From NCBI GenBank assembly GCA_964652255.1, contig CAZZBM010000001.1, forward strand, positions 235,908-299,907: a stretch of 64,000 bases of DNA, written 5' to 3'. The stretch's first letter is position 1; each line of letters opens with the position of its first letter. The notes below the pieces were generated by a model. It was given only the letters and a program-made list of their open reading frames with translations. It searched no databases and was not told where the DNA came from. Of this stretch, positions 1-8,764 are shown piece by piece. The translations under genes were made by a program, and so were the position numbers. This DNA is from an uncultured bacterium (GTDB lineage: Bacteria > Bdellovibrionota > Bacteriovoracia > Bacteriovoracales > CAZZBM01).

Positions 1-9
1 AGAAGATGT

Positions 10-702
10 TTAATCATCAAATTCTTCTGCTAAATACTCCTTAGTAAAAGGAATATCCTCACTTTCTTCTTCTAAGGACTCTTCTATGACATCAATATCA
101 GCTATATGAAAATCTCTTAAGAGTTGAAAAAAACTTTTTTCATCTTGAAAATTTTTTAATAAAAATTCAATAGCTTCTTCAGGATAGATCGTGAATAAAA
201 TTTCAATAGCTTTTTGTAATTTTCCTTCACTTATAATTTGTCTTTTAGATTTTATCTTCTTATTATTTTTAAAATAATGTAAACGACAATAACCTAGGCT
301 TGTACTTGGTTGATCACAATTTTTTTCTTGGCATTCTTCTTCTTTTTTATAGAAATATTCTAAAGTTTTTAATTCTTCTCCAAAAATCTTCCAATCAAAA
401 AAATTTTTAGGAAGAATAATTTCTTTATCAAAATTTTGTTCTTCAACTTGAACAACAGTAGCTTTTTTAGGAGCTTCTTCTTTTTTTTTAGGAAGGGGAG
501 CTTTTTTGTACCCCTCTTCTTTTTTCTTGGAAAGAGGGTTTTTTTTTATAGGTTCTACTCTTTTTTTAGGAAGAGAAATTTTTTTAACAGGAGCTTTTTT
601 TTTCAGCGCAACAACTGTTTTTTTCTTTTGAATAGGAGTTTTTTTAGCTATTTTTTTTTTAGGTAGAGGTTTTTTTTTGGTAATCTTTTTCTTTTTCACC
701 AT
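10..702 (-). CDS. hypothetical protein with Lys/Pro-rich basic repeat N-terminus, CCCH-type Cys/His motif and acidic C-terminus
   Basis: 230-aa ORF. Residues ~1-85 are KKK/PLPKKK-type repeats. Contains motif CQEKNC-x9-CRLH (C-x4-C-x9-C-x2-H). The last ~35 aa are rich in E/D. Confidence 0.6.
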   Translation of the reverse strand: MVKKKKITKKKPLPKKKIAKKTPIQKKKTVVALKKKAPVKKISLPKKRVEPIKKNPLSKKKEEGYKKAPLPKKKEEAPKKATVVQVEEQNFDKEIILPKNFFDWKIFGEELKTLEYFYKKEEECQEKNCDQPSTSLGYCRLHYFKNNKKIKSKRQIISEGKLQKAIEILFTIYPEEAIEFLLKNFQDEKSFFQLLRDFHIADIDVIEESLEEESEDIPFTKEYLAEEFDD

Positions 703-953
703 GAATCACTCTTGTACAACTGTTCTATATCTTTTGCAAGATCATAATCTTTTTGAGTAATCATTTTTTGATCATGAGTTTTAAGAAAAAAAGTTATTTT
801 TTGATAAGTGGCATAAAAATCAGGGTGATGATTTCTGGCTTCTGCTAAAAGGGCTACTTTTTCTATAAAAACGATCATTTTCATGTAGGAAGTGAATTTT
901 AAATCCTCTAGGACTAAAAATCCTTCTTTTTCTATCCAATTTAAAGTTTTCAT
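696..953 (-). CDS. pterin-4-alpha-carbinolamine dehydratase (PCD/DCoH family)
   Basis: 85 aa. Family signature is readable: E-x3-HHP-x5-Y-x9-H-x8-D (ARNHHPDFYATYQKITFFLKTHDQKMITQKD). Overlaps the downstream ORF by 7 nt. Confidence 0.8.
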   Translation of the reverse strand: MKTLNWIEKEGFLVLEDLKFTSYMKMIVFIEKVALLAEARNHHPDFYATYQKITFFLKTHDQKMITQKDYDLAKDIEQLYKSDSW

Positions 954-1003
954 TGCTAAGATATGGCTTTTATGCTAAGGAAATTGTTTAAAGGAGTCAA
1001 TCT

Positions 1004-1276
1004 ATGGCTAATCATAAATCTGCAAAAAAAAGAGCAAAACAAAATGAAAAAAAATCTTTAGTTAATCAAATGAGATTATCTAAGATGAAAACAGAAATCA
1101 AAAAATTTAATGCTCTGATTCGTGATAAGAAATTTCCAGAAGCGAATGCTTTTATTAGAAAAGTTGAATCTTTAATTGCTAAAACAGCTAAAACAGGTGC
1201 ATTAGCAAGAAATAGTGCCTCTAGAAAGATCTCTACTTTAACAAAAAAGCTCGTTGATCTTTCCGGCAAAAAATAA
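1004..1276 (+). CDS. rpsT: 30S ribosomal protein S20
   Basis: 90 aa and basic. Starts MANHKSAKKRAKQNEKK, typical of bS20. AAGGAG Shine-Dalgarno lies 7 nt upstream of the ATG. Confidence 0.95.
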   Translation: MANHKSAKKRAKQNEKKSLVNQMRLSKMKTEIKKFNALIRDKKFPEANAFIRKVESLIAKTAKTGALARNSASRKISTLTKKLVDLSGKK

Positions 1277-1315
1277 CTTTTAAGCTCTTTTCTAGCTTTA
1301 TTTTAAAATAAAGGC

Positions 1316-2071
1316 ATGGAAGAAAAGTGGTATTATGTTCAAGAGGGTGAAAGAAAAGGTCCTCTGAATTTAGAAGAACTTAAGATTTTAATTCAAATCA
1401 AAACCCTTACAGCTGAATCTTATGTTTGGACCAAGGGTTTAAAAGAATGGAAGCAACTCAAATTTTTTCCTCATCTTTTAAAGCCAGAAGATGTAGCACA
1501 TGATTTCCAGATAGAAAAAAATTTTATTTTCAATAAAGAAGAAATTCAAGAACAAATTCAGGTTCATGATTTTCAAAATGTTTTTTATCTTAGAACTGGA
1601 CTAGATAGATCGCAAGGAGAGGGGTCTTTATATGGTCCCTATCATTTACAAAAATTAAAAGAACTTTATCTTCAAAGAAGAATTAATGGACATACTTTAG
1701 TTTTTTTTCCAGGGCTCAAAGACTGGGTTTTTCTAGCAGATTTGGATAATTTTAGAGAAATTTTTCAAGAATCTCCTCCTGAAATATCTTTAAAGCTTAG
1801 AGAATTAAAAAAAAACCATCCTCTTTTATCTCTCACTTTAACCCTTCCCACGGAAGAAGACCTTCACGGTATAGGTTTTCATCTTTCTTTAGGTGGGGTT
1901 CAGTGCCTTTTACCTAAACATCCTTCTTTAAGAAAAAATTTACCTGTAAAAATAACCCTTAAGGATCAATTTCAATGTGAAGGTATTTTAAGAGAAACTT
2001 CCCCAGATCTTTTTCTTCATTTTAAAAAACTAACTCCTCAACAAGAAGATTTATTAAAAAGGTTTTTATGA
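1316..2071 (+). CDS. GYF_2 (DUF4339) domain protein, two copies, with degenerate PilZ-like C-terminus
   Basis: WYYVQEGERKGPLNLEELKILIQ...YVWTKGLKEWKQL and LYGPYHLQKLKELY...LVFFPGLKDWVFLADL look like two GYF_2 repeats. The C-terminus RELKK-x23-HLSLGG resembles a degenerate RxxxR...D/NxSxxG PilZ motif. Confidence 0.55.
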   Translation: MEEKWYYVQEGERKGPLNLEELKILIQIKTLTAESYVWTKGLKEWKQLKFFPHLLKPEDVAHDFQIEKNFIFNKEEIQEQIQVHDFQNVFYLRTGLDRSQGEGSLYGPYHLQKLKELYLQRRINGHTLVFFPGLKDWVFLADLDNFREIFQESPPEISLKLRELKKNHPLLSLTLTLPTEEDLHGIGFHLSLGGVQCLLPKHPSLRKNLPVKITLKDQFQCEGILRETSPDLFLHFKKLTPQQEDLLKRFL

Positions 2072-2535
2072 GAATTATTTTTTTATTATTTTTTTCTTGC
2101 ACACAAGCTTCAAATTTTATCTTAAAAAAAGAATCTTCTTTTTTTCTTGATGGACAAAAACAAAAACTTAAAAGAATTTCTTGGTACAGCAATTTAAATT
2201 TAGTAGAAGATCTTTATTACGTTTCTGTTGATGATACCCTGAATCAATACTTAGACCCTATTCAAGAACATCTTTTTGCCCCTTGTTTAGAAAAAATTCT
2301 TATTTTTATCTATAGCACTAGTCATCTTATAGGAGAGAAATCTTTTTTAGAGAGAAATTTAAAAAACTCAGGAGGACAAATCTTCAAACTAGGAAGTCTG
2401 GTCTCTGTTTTTAAAAATCAAGTTTTTTATGAAGAACTTAATCTTTTTCGTTATCAAATTTTTGGTTTTTGCTCTTCAATTCAATTAAAAAATATTATTA
2501 TTGGGTTGCCTGACTTTAAACCAACTTCTTTTTAG
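2068..2535 (+). CDS. hypothetical lipoprotein
   Basis: 155 aa. N-terminus MRIIFLLFFSC is a signal peptide plus lipobox Cys. ATGA overlap with the upstream gene. Confidence 0.5.
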   Translation: MRIIFLLFFSCTQASNFILKKESSFFLDGQKQKLKRISWYSNLNLVEDLYYVSVDDTLNQYLDPIQEHLFAPCLEKILIFIYSTSHLIGEKSFLERNLKNSGGQIFKLGSLVSVFKNQVFYEELNLFRYQIFGFCSSIQLKNIIIGLPDFKPTSF

Positions 2536-2971
2536 GATAGGGATCTAAATTAAGAATAATTTGTTCTGTTAAAATTTCTTGTAAAGAACAGGTTTTCTTT
2601 TTATCAAAAAGATAGACTTCTCTAAGTCCCTCATATTCTAATTCTACTTCTGAAAAATCATCTAAAACAATAAATTTAAAAGATCCATGAAGAGTTTCTT
2701 CAAAAGGATCAAGACTTAATACACAGGTTCTACACACACCTAGAGTATATTTAACTTCTCCTAATAAGCACTCTCCATATCTTACTAATTTTTTTTTCTC
2801 AACAAAGCCTTCAACTTTAAGTCTTTGTCCCACTCCTAACTCACCAAAAGTTGTCAAAATTTCTCTAACCCAAGTTACATTGTCACTAAGATTAAATTCA
2901 TATTTCTCATCAGTATGACATTCAACTAGTTGAAGTTGTCCTTTTTTTTCTATTGAAAGAAGCGTTCTCAT
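2516..2971 (-). CDS. DUF177 / YceD-like protein (short form)
   Basis: 151 aa and acidic. CRTCVLSLDPFEE resembles the C-R-C-L-x-P motif. The C-terminal EQIILNLDPYPKK resembles the YceD ending. No rpmF gene lies next to it. Confidence 0.45.
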   Translation of the reverse strand: MRTLLSIEKKGQLQLVECHTDEKYEFNLSDNVTWVREILTTFGELGVGQRLKVEGFVEKKKLVRYGECLLGEVKYTLGVCRTCVLSLDPFEETLHGSFKFIVLDDFSEVELEYEGLREVYLFDKKKTCSLQEILTEQIILNLDPYPKKKLV

Positions 2972-2988
2972 TGATTACCCTTTAATAT

Positions 2989-3759
2989 ATGCTCAAAGAA
3001 GCTTTCATTTATTCACACAAACAATATCTCAAGCCTTTGGTAGAGTGTTTAAGACAGGTTGGGTATTGTTTATACTACATAGATTTTAAAAATCTTTCTG
3101 AAAAAATTCCTTGGGTTATTGTTGATAGCACAACTTACTTTGAAATAAAAGATCTTGAGTTAAAAACGGTTCTTTTTTATAAAAGAGGAGATCAAAACCT
3201 AGATAAAGCCTTAAAATTTCAACATTTATATCTTCTTAATGAAGAGCTTGATTTGTACTTTCAAATTAAAAATCTTCTCCCTTTCTTAAGAGATCTTAAT
3301 CAAAGTATTTCTGAAAATTTTCAACAAAGCCTTCAATCCCTTCTCTCTATTCAAGGATTAAGATCCAAAAAAGATTTTTTTCAAAAACTTATTGATATTT
3401 TTGAACAAGAACCTTCTATTCGCTCCTATGGTTTTTACTGGAAAAAAACAAGTAAAGTACTAGGTTCTCCTTTTCTTTCAGGTTTAAAATTAAAGCATTT
3501 ACCTGATATTTTTTCTGAAGATTTTCATCCTCACCGCATTACCTACTCTCTTTTAGAAAAGGCTAGATCTCAAGTTAAGGATTACTTTATCAATCCTTTT
3601 ATTATTTCTTTAAAAGGTCAGGAAGAGGTTGAAATTCTTTGTTTTTTAGAAATTGATGAATCTTTTTCTCAGAAAGCTCTTTTTCTTGACAGTGCTTTGA
3701 ATGATTTTTATAAAAACTTTGTTTTAAAAAATCCTCATGAGTTCTTATTTAGAAATTAA
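2989..3759 (+). CDS. hypothetical protein
   Basis: 256-aa ORF with no recognisable motif. Overlaps the alr start by 23 nt, so it is probably co-transcribed. Confidence 0.5.
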   Translation: MLKEAFIYSHKQYLKPLVECLRQVGYCLYYIDFKNLSEKIPWVIVDSTTYFEIKDLELKTVLFYKRGDQNLDKALKFQHLYLLNEELDLYFQIKNLLPFLRDLNQSISENFQQSLQSLLSIQGLRSKKDFFQKLIDIFEQEPSIRSYGFYWKKTSKVLGSPFLSGLKLKHLPDIFSEDFHPHRITYSLLEKARSQVKDYFINPFIISLKGQEEVEILCFLEIDESFSQKALFLDSALNDFYKNFVLKNPHEFLFRN

Positions 3760-4813
3760 TCTCAATCATCTTAAAGAAAACTATTTATTTTTAAAGAAAA
3801 AATATTCTCAAAAAATCATTTTTGTTATTAAAGCCAATGCTTATGGTTTTGGATCCAAGTTTATTTGTCCTTTTATTTATCAAGAATTAGGAATTAAAGA
3901 TTTTGCTTGTGCAAGAAAAGAAGAAGCTTATGAAATTTTAAATTCTATTGAAAATTTCAAAGGAAGAATTTTTATTCTTTCAGATCTTGATCTTATTCAT
4001 GATGATCAATGTTATTCAAACATTTTTTCTTTTCATCAACTTCAATACGAACTTCCAAAAAATTTTTCTCTAAAATTAGATATTGGTCTTAATAGACTAG
4101 GTTTTTCTCTGGAAGAACTTCCTAGATTAATTCCTCTTTTAAAAGAAAAAAATATTACAATAATTCCTCATCTCATGGGACACTATAGTGCTAAAAAGCC
4201 CATAGTTTTTAAGGAAGAGGAAGAAGAGCTTCTTCTTCAAAGAAAAAGATTTAATCAGGCTTATGAAATACTTTCAGATCATTTCAAGATCATAGAAACA
4301 AGTTTAGCCAAATCCTCAGCTAGTTTTTTTTCTCCTCTTTATGAAAACACTCATTATTTAAGATTAGGTCTTTCTTTTTATGGTCTTTATTTCCCTGAGG
4401 GTAAGCTTCCTTTAAATATTCAGGCTCAGATTATAAAGAAAAAATTTGTAAAAAAGAACACTCCTGTAGGTTATCAGCAAAATAAAACTGAAAAAGAAGG
4501 TTATCTTTATACTCTTTCTCTGGGGTATGCTGATGGACTAAGTCCATTTTTAGCTCATAAAAAATATCAAAATTTTACCTTTCAGGGCTCTATTAGCATG
4601 GACTTAACCACTATTTTTAGTGAAAACAATTTAGGAGAAGAAGGTTCTTATTTTCCTCTATGGAACAACGAAGAAGAATTCTTGCAATTTCAAGAACTTA
4701 ATCAAATCAAACCTCATGCTTTTTTTTGTGGTTTAGGTCATAGACTTCAAAAAAAATACCTTTATAATAATAAAGAGTATTATTATGAAGCAAGCTCTAA
4801 ATACCTTAGGTGA
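3737..4813 (+). CDS. alr: alanine racemase
   Basis: 358 aa. PLP-lysine motif VIKANAYGFG lies near the N-terminus. GYADG motif (LSLGYADGLS) is in the C-terminal domain. Confidence 0.85.
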   Translation: MSSYLEINLNHLKENYLFLKKKYSQKIIFVIKANAYGFGSKFICPFIYQELGIKDFACARKEEAYEILNSIENFKGRIFILSDLDLIHDDQCYSNIFSFHQLQYELPKNFSLKLDIGLNRLGFSLEELPRLIPLLKEKNITIIPHLMGHYSAKKPIVFKEEEEELLLQRKRFNQAYEILSDHFKIIETSLAKSSASFFSPLYENTHYLRLGLSFYGLYFPEGKLPLNIQAQIIKKKFVKKNTPVGYQQNKTEKEGYLYTLSLGYADGLSPFLAHKKYQNFTFQGSISMDLTTIFSENNLGEEGSYFPLWNNEEEFLQFQELNQIKPHAFFCGLGHRLQKKYLYNNKEYYYEASSKYLR

Positions 4814-5531
4814 TTTTACTCTTTATTCTTTTAAAACTCTTAAAGAGACCTTCTCTCATTTTCGCTTTGATCTTTTAAGTGAACAAATTATTTTTGTAGG
4901 TAATAAAAGCCTAGGGCTTATAACTCTAACTTCTTTATTTACAGGAATGGTTTTATGTTTTCAGTCTTATGAAGGACTTAAAATTGTAGGTGGATATTTT
5001 TTAGTGGGACCACTAGTCACTTTGTCTTTAGCTAAAGAAATTGCACCTGTTTTTTCTTCTATTATCGTTGCGGGTCGTTGTTGTTCCGCCATGACAGCAC
5101 AATTATCAAGCATGAAAGTTTCTGAACAAGTGGATGCCCTAGAAGTTATGGGAATTAGTCCAGAGTATTACCTGTCAGCACCAAGACTTCTAGCAACTAT
5201 TCTTATCTTGCCTTGTTTGAGTCTTATTTTTATGTTCATTGCTAATTTTGGTTCTTGGGTCATAGGAACTCAACTTTTAGGAATTAGTACAGATATTTTT
5301 TTTCTTAAGCTTACACAATTTGTCACCATGACTAATGTTTTAGAGGGTCTCATTAAAGCTATGCTTTTTGGTCTTCTTTTAGGATTAATTGCTACTTATC
5401 AAGGACTAAGATCTTATGGTGGAGCTGAGGGAGTAGGACTGGCAACAAACAGATCTGTCGTTTGGAGTATGAGTACAATTTTTATTTTTGATTTTGTTCT
5501 TACCAGTGTCTTAGTGAATCTTCTTTATTAA
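4785..5531 (+). CDS. mlaE: MlaE-type ABC transporter permease
   Basis: 248 aa and polytopic. Permease pattern typical of MlaE/YrbE family (GNKSLGLITLTSLFTGMVLCFQ, EQVDALEVMGISP). Confidence 0.85.
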   Translation: MKQALNTLGDFTLYSFKTLKETFSHFRFDLLSEQIIFVGNKSLGLITLTSLFTGMVLCFQSYEGLKIVGGYFLVGPLVTLSLAKEIAPVFSSIIVAGRCCSAMTAQLSSMKVSEQVDALEVMGISPEYYLSAPRLLATILILPCLSLIFMFIANFGSWVIGTQLLGISTDIFFLKLTQFVTMTNVLEGLIKAMLFGLLLGLIATYQGLRSYGGAEGVGLATNRSVVWSMSTIFIFDFVLTSVLVNLLY

Positions 5532-5532
5532 A

Positions 5533-6246
5533 ATGATAAAATTTGATCATGTTCATTTTTCTTATTCTGAACAAAAACTTTTTAAAGACTTATGTTTAGA
5601 ATTTGAAGAAGGAAAAATTACTTGTATTTTTGGTTTTTCTGGTTCTGGAAAGTCTAGTTTATTAAAATTAATTTTAAAATTTTTTACTCCCCAGCAAGGA
5701 GACATCCAAGTTTTCAATCAATCTATTTTACATTTAAAAAATATTTCTAGTTTTCGTAGAAATTTTGGAGTAATTTTTCAATATGGAGCTCTTTTTGATT
5801 CTTTAAGTGTCTTTGATAATATTGCTTTTCCTTTAAAAGAAGTTTCAAAAATGAATCACAAAGAACTTTTACCTATTGTTGAAGAATTAACAATAGAAGT
5901 AGGACTCAGTTTAGATGACTTAAAAAAATCCATTCATGCTCTTTCTGGAGGTATGAGACGTAGAGTCGCTATTGCTAGAGCTCTTGCTTTAAGGCCAAAA
6001 ATTCTTTTAGCAGATGAAGCTACCACTGGCTTAGACCCTATTAGTACTAGGCAAATTTTTCAACTTATCGCTGAAAGAACAAAAAAATATAAATTAACTA
6101 CTTTAGTCATCTCTCATGATATTAGAGAGGCTCTTCATATTGCTGAAGATGTTTTGTTTTTAGAGAAAGGAGAAATAGTAGAATTTACCTCCAAAGAAAA
6201 ATTTATACAGACCAAAAATACCACCCTAAGACAATTCATGCAATGA
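5533..6246 (+). CDS. mlaF: MlaF-type ABC transporter ATP-binding protein
   Basis: Walker A GFSGSGKSS, ABC signature LSGGMRRRVAIARAL and Walker B LLADEATTGLD. Lies directly after the permease. Confidence 0.88.
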   Translation: MIKFDHVHFSYSEQKLFKDLCLEFEEGKITCIFGFSGSGKSSLLKLILKFFTPQQGDIQVFNQSILHLKNISSFRRNFGVIFQYGALFDSLSVFDNIAFPLKEVSKMNHKELLPIVEELTIEVGLSLDDLKKSIHALSGGMRRRVAIARALALRPKILLADEATTGLDPISTRQIFQLIAERTKKYKLTTLVISHDIREALHIAEDVLFLEKGEIVEFTSKEKFIQTKNTTLRQFMQ

Positions 6247-6271
6247 TTTTATACTTTTATATAGTATTGTT

Positions 6272-7600
6272 ATGAAAACACTACAAGTTGGTTTTTTTGC
6301 TTTTCTCACTCTTAGTGTTTTCTTTATTCTTTCTTTAGCCTTAACCCAAAAAACTTCTATCTTTGAAAGTTATAATGAATACTATACCGAACTTGCTGAT
6401 GCTGTTGGTCTCATTGAAAAAGCTCCTGTTAAAATTGCTGGTCTTAATGTTGGTCGTATTGAAAAAATGAGCTTACAAGGTAAAAAAGCAAAGCTAATTT
6501 TAAAAATTCAAAAAAAGATAAAATTACCACAAGATAGTGTTGTTCAGATTAAAAACTCTGGTGCACTTGGAGACAAGTACTTAGAAATCATTCCAGGAGA
6601 TGATATTCATTTTTTATCTTCTAAAAGTTTTATTGCAACTACTAATATTAGTGGAGACCTTTATGGTGCCAGTGAAGGTTTGGCTATGGACCTACAAGAT
6701 ATAGTTAAACATATAAAAAAACAATTTATTGGACAAGATGGTTCTACTTTAAAAGAAATCACAGATTCTTTAAGAGATATTTTATCTCAAATAAAAAAAA
6801 CAACAAAAGTTTTTGCCAATATTACTACTCAAAATGAAAATCGTTTACAAGTTTTAGTAGAAAATCTTTCAAAATTTGGAGAAAAACTTTCAAAGCTTGA
6901 TCTTAATGCTTTAGAAGATTTTAGTAAAAACATGGCTCTTATCTCTAAAAATCTTACTGAAGGAAAAGGAACCTTAGGAAAACTTTTAACAGATGATGAA
7001 TTAATTAATAAAACCACAGAAACTATGGAGTCTTTAAGACAACTAACACAGAAATTTAACACTACAAGAACTGAAATTGATATTTATAGTACCTATAATA
7101 ATGATGCAGGAGGTTATGCTTCTTTTCATTTAGATATTATCCCTTCTCCTGAAAAAATTTTAAGGCTTGGACTCTCTTCATCTGACTTTGGACCAAAAAC
7201 AACAGAGAGAAAAGAAACAATTAAAACAACGGGAAGTTTAACCACAAATACCTATAAAACTGTTCATACTGAACCTATTTACAGAATTAATGCTCAAGTT
7301 GGAAGAAAATTTTCTGATTTTGCTCTTAGAATTGGTCTTATTGAGTCTTCTGGTGGGATTGGACTTGATTACTATTTTCCTAAGCTAGGAATTAAAACAA
7401 GCTTAGACGCTTTTGATTGGAATAGGTATAAAACAAAGCCAACATTAAGGCTTTCAGGAGAAATAAGACTTTGGAATGTCATCTATATCAAAGGTGTGGG
7501 AGAGGATCTCTTTCATTTAAAACAAAAAGGTATTAGTTACGGAGCTGGACTAAGACTAAATGATAATAATGTTTCTAGCTTATTAAGTTTTATTAAATGA
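6272..7600 (+). CDS. mlaD: MCE-domain (MlaD-like) protein with long helical and beta-rich C-terminal extension
   Basis: N-terminal TM helix followed by an MCE-like segment (VGLIEKAPVKIAGLNVGRIEKMSL). At 442 aa it is much longer than a minimal MlaD. Confidence 0.75.
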   Translation: MKTLQVGFFAFLTLSVFFILSLALTQKTSIFESYNEYYTELADAVGLIEKAPVKIAGLNVGRIEKMSLQGKKAKLILKIQKKIKLPQDSVVQIKNSGALGDKYLEIIPGDDIHFLSSKSFIATTNISGDLYGASEGLAMDLQDIVKHIKKQFIGQDGSTLKEITDSLRDILSQIKKTTKVFANITTQNENRLQVLVENLSKFGEKLSKLDLNALEDFSKNMALISKNLTEGKGTLGKLLTDDELINKTTETMESLRQLTQKFNTTRTEIDIYSTYNNDAGGYASFHLDIIPSPEKILRLGLSSSDFGPKTTERKETIKTTGSLTTNTYKTVHTEPIYRINAQVGRKFSDFALRIGLIESSGGIGLDYYFPKLGIKTSLDAFDWNRYKTKPTLRLSGEIRLWNVIYIKGVGEDLFHLKQKGISYGAGLRLNDNNVSSLLSFIK

Positions 7601-7866
7601 AAAAGCTACCTATTTATCTTTATAAAAATCGTTCCCAACATATTCAAGGTCCGATGGAGGAACTTGAATTAAAAAAACTTTACTTAGAAAATCAAATTCA
7701 TTTAGATGATTCTATCTATAAAGAAGGAAATCACTGGAGATTAGTCAGGGATGATTTAGAACTTTTTCATAAAACACCTGAGGTTTCTTTTTTTCAAAAA
7801 AAATCTTTTCTTTATCTTGTCCTCTTCATTTTTTTCTTCTCACTTCTTTACCTAGCTCTTTCTTGA
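7597..7866 (+). CDS. small GYF_2-like domain protein with C-terminal TM helix
   Basis: 89 aa. IYLYKNRSQHIQGPMEELELKKLYLENQIHLDDSIYKEGNHWRLV resembles GYF_2. C-terminal hydrophobic helix present. ATGA overlap with the mlaD-like gene. Confidence 0.5.
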   Translation: MKKLPIYLYKNRSQHIQGPMEELELKKLYLENQIHLDDSIYKEGNHWRLVRDDLELFHKTPEVSFFQKKSFLYLVLFIFFFSLLYLALS

Positions 7867-7914
7867 CAGTCATTCACTAATCTAGTTATATTTCTTCCCT
7901 ACAAAAGGAGATTT

Positions 7915-8757
7915 ATGTTGTTAATTTTATCTATTTTATTTGCTGAAACAGCACCAGGATTTAATCAAGTTCAAAATGATCTTATTGATCCAAGATTTGC
8001 TCAAGAGCCAGGAATCACCCTTCCTCAAGCAAGTTTTGTTTACAGTAAAAGATTTTCAGGACCAAGCTTAACTAACCTTGATTGGTTTGCTCCAGATGAC
8101 GGTACAGGGGAGTTAAAAGATCCTCTAAGTACACAACATTCTTTTGTCTTTAGAACCCCTTTAACTTTTGCCCCAAAGATTCAATTTAGTATTAAACCTG
8201 GATTTATGCTTAATTTTAAAAATACAGATAAAGAAGGTGCTACTGTTCAAAAAATAGATCCTTTAAATACAGTTTTTGATCTTTCTAGAGAGCTCTTTGA
8301 TAATAATAAGATTTCTTATTCAGGCAAAGTTGGAATTTTAGTCCCAACATCAGTTTCAGCCTTATCAAACAGACAATATATTTCACCTATTCTTGGGCAT
8401 TCTTTAACTATCAAAGCTTTATCTAAATTTATTTTTAATATTGAAAACTCTTTTACAGCAAACTTTTTTCATGAAAAAAGTACTAAAAAACATTTTCTTT
8501 CTACAGTTTTAGAACTAAATACAACCATTCAATTCTTTGAAAAATTAGCCTTCAAAGCAACCTATGATACAAAATTCACTAGTGATACTAAAGATAACTT
8601 TTTTAGTATTACTAACAATATTAAGCATTTAATTCACCTAGGTCTTGTTGTGACTTATTTTAAAGATCTTACAATCTATCCTCACATTACTCTTAATGCT
8701 AAGAATAACTTTAAAAATCCTTCTATTAATTGGGTTGTTACAAAAAAATTCTTTTAA
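7915..8757 (+). CDS. putative outer-membrane beta-barrel protein
   Basis: 280 aa. Short signal peptide, alternating-hydrophobicity strands, and a C-terminal ...VVTKKFF ending in Phe. AAGGAG lies upstream of the ATG. Confidence 0.45.
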   Translation: MLLILSILFAETAPGFNQVQNDLIDPRFAQEPGITLPQASFVYSKRFSGPSLTNLDWFAPDDGTGELKDPLSTQHSFVFRTPLTFAPKIQFSIKPGFMLNFKNTDKEGATVQKIDPLNTVFDLSRELFDNNKISYSGKVGILVPTSVSALSNRQYISPILGHSLTIKALSKFIFNIENSFTANFFHEKSTKKHFLSTVLELNTTIQFFEKLAFKATYDTKFTSDTKDNFFSITNNIKHLIHLGLVVTYFKDLTIYPHITLNAKNNFKNPSINWVVTKKFF

Positions 8758-8764
8758 TTTCTTT

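Noticed and set aside
436-666. Shadow ORFs nested in or antisense to longer genes. Track entries: 436-666, 1066-1269, 6829-7062, 10716-10922, 16096-16287, 17672-17917, 19545-19733, 21349-21546, 21766-21948, 33583-33771, 39233-39418, 42402-42674, 42725-42913, 44948-45202, 47044-47253, 49223-49516, 53387-53611, 58134-58433
   Set aside because: Each lies entirely or largely within a longer ORF that has clear family motifs or coherent architecture. Their translations are Phe/Leu/Lys-rich low-complexity typical of off-frame AT-rich DNA.
430-700. Periodic T-runs and AGGAAG repeats that could be mistaken for a tandem DNA repeat or degenerate CRISPR-like array
   Set aside because: The periodicity is irregular and corresponds to the antisense of KKK/PLPKKK codon repeats inside an intact ORF. 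There are no conserved direct repeats with unique spacers.
1281-1304. Possible intrinsic terminator after rpsT (AAGCT-cttttct-AGCTT followed by TATTTT)
   Set aside because: The stem is only 5 bp and AT-rich, which is too weak to call without energy calculations or transcript data.
2069-2071. Possibility of an alternative genetic code (TGA read as Trp) given the very low GC
   Set aside because: TGA terminates several well-defined ORFs at family-appropriate lengths (e.g. 1316-2071 and 47072-47308 with ATGA coupling). Conserved Trp positions are encoded by TGG, so the standard bacterial code applies.
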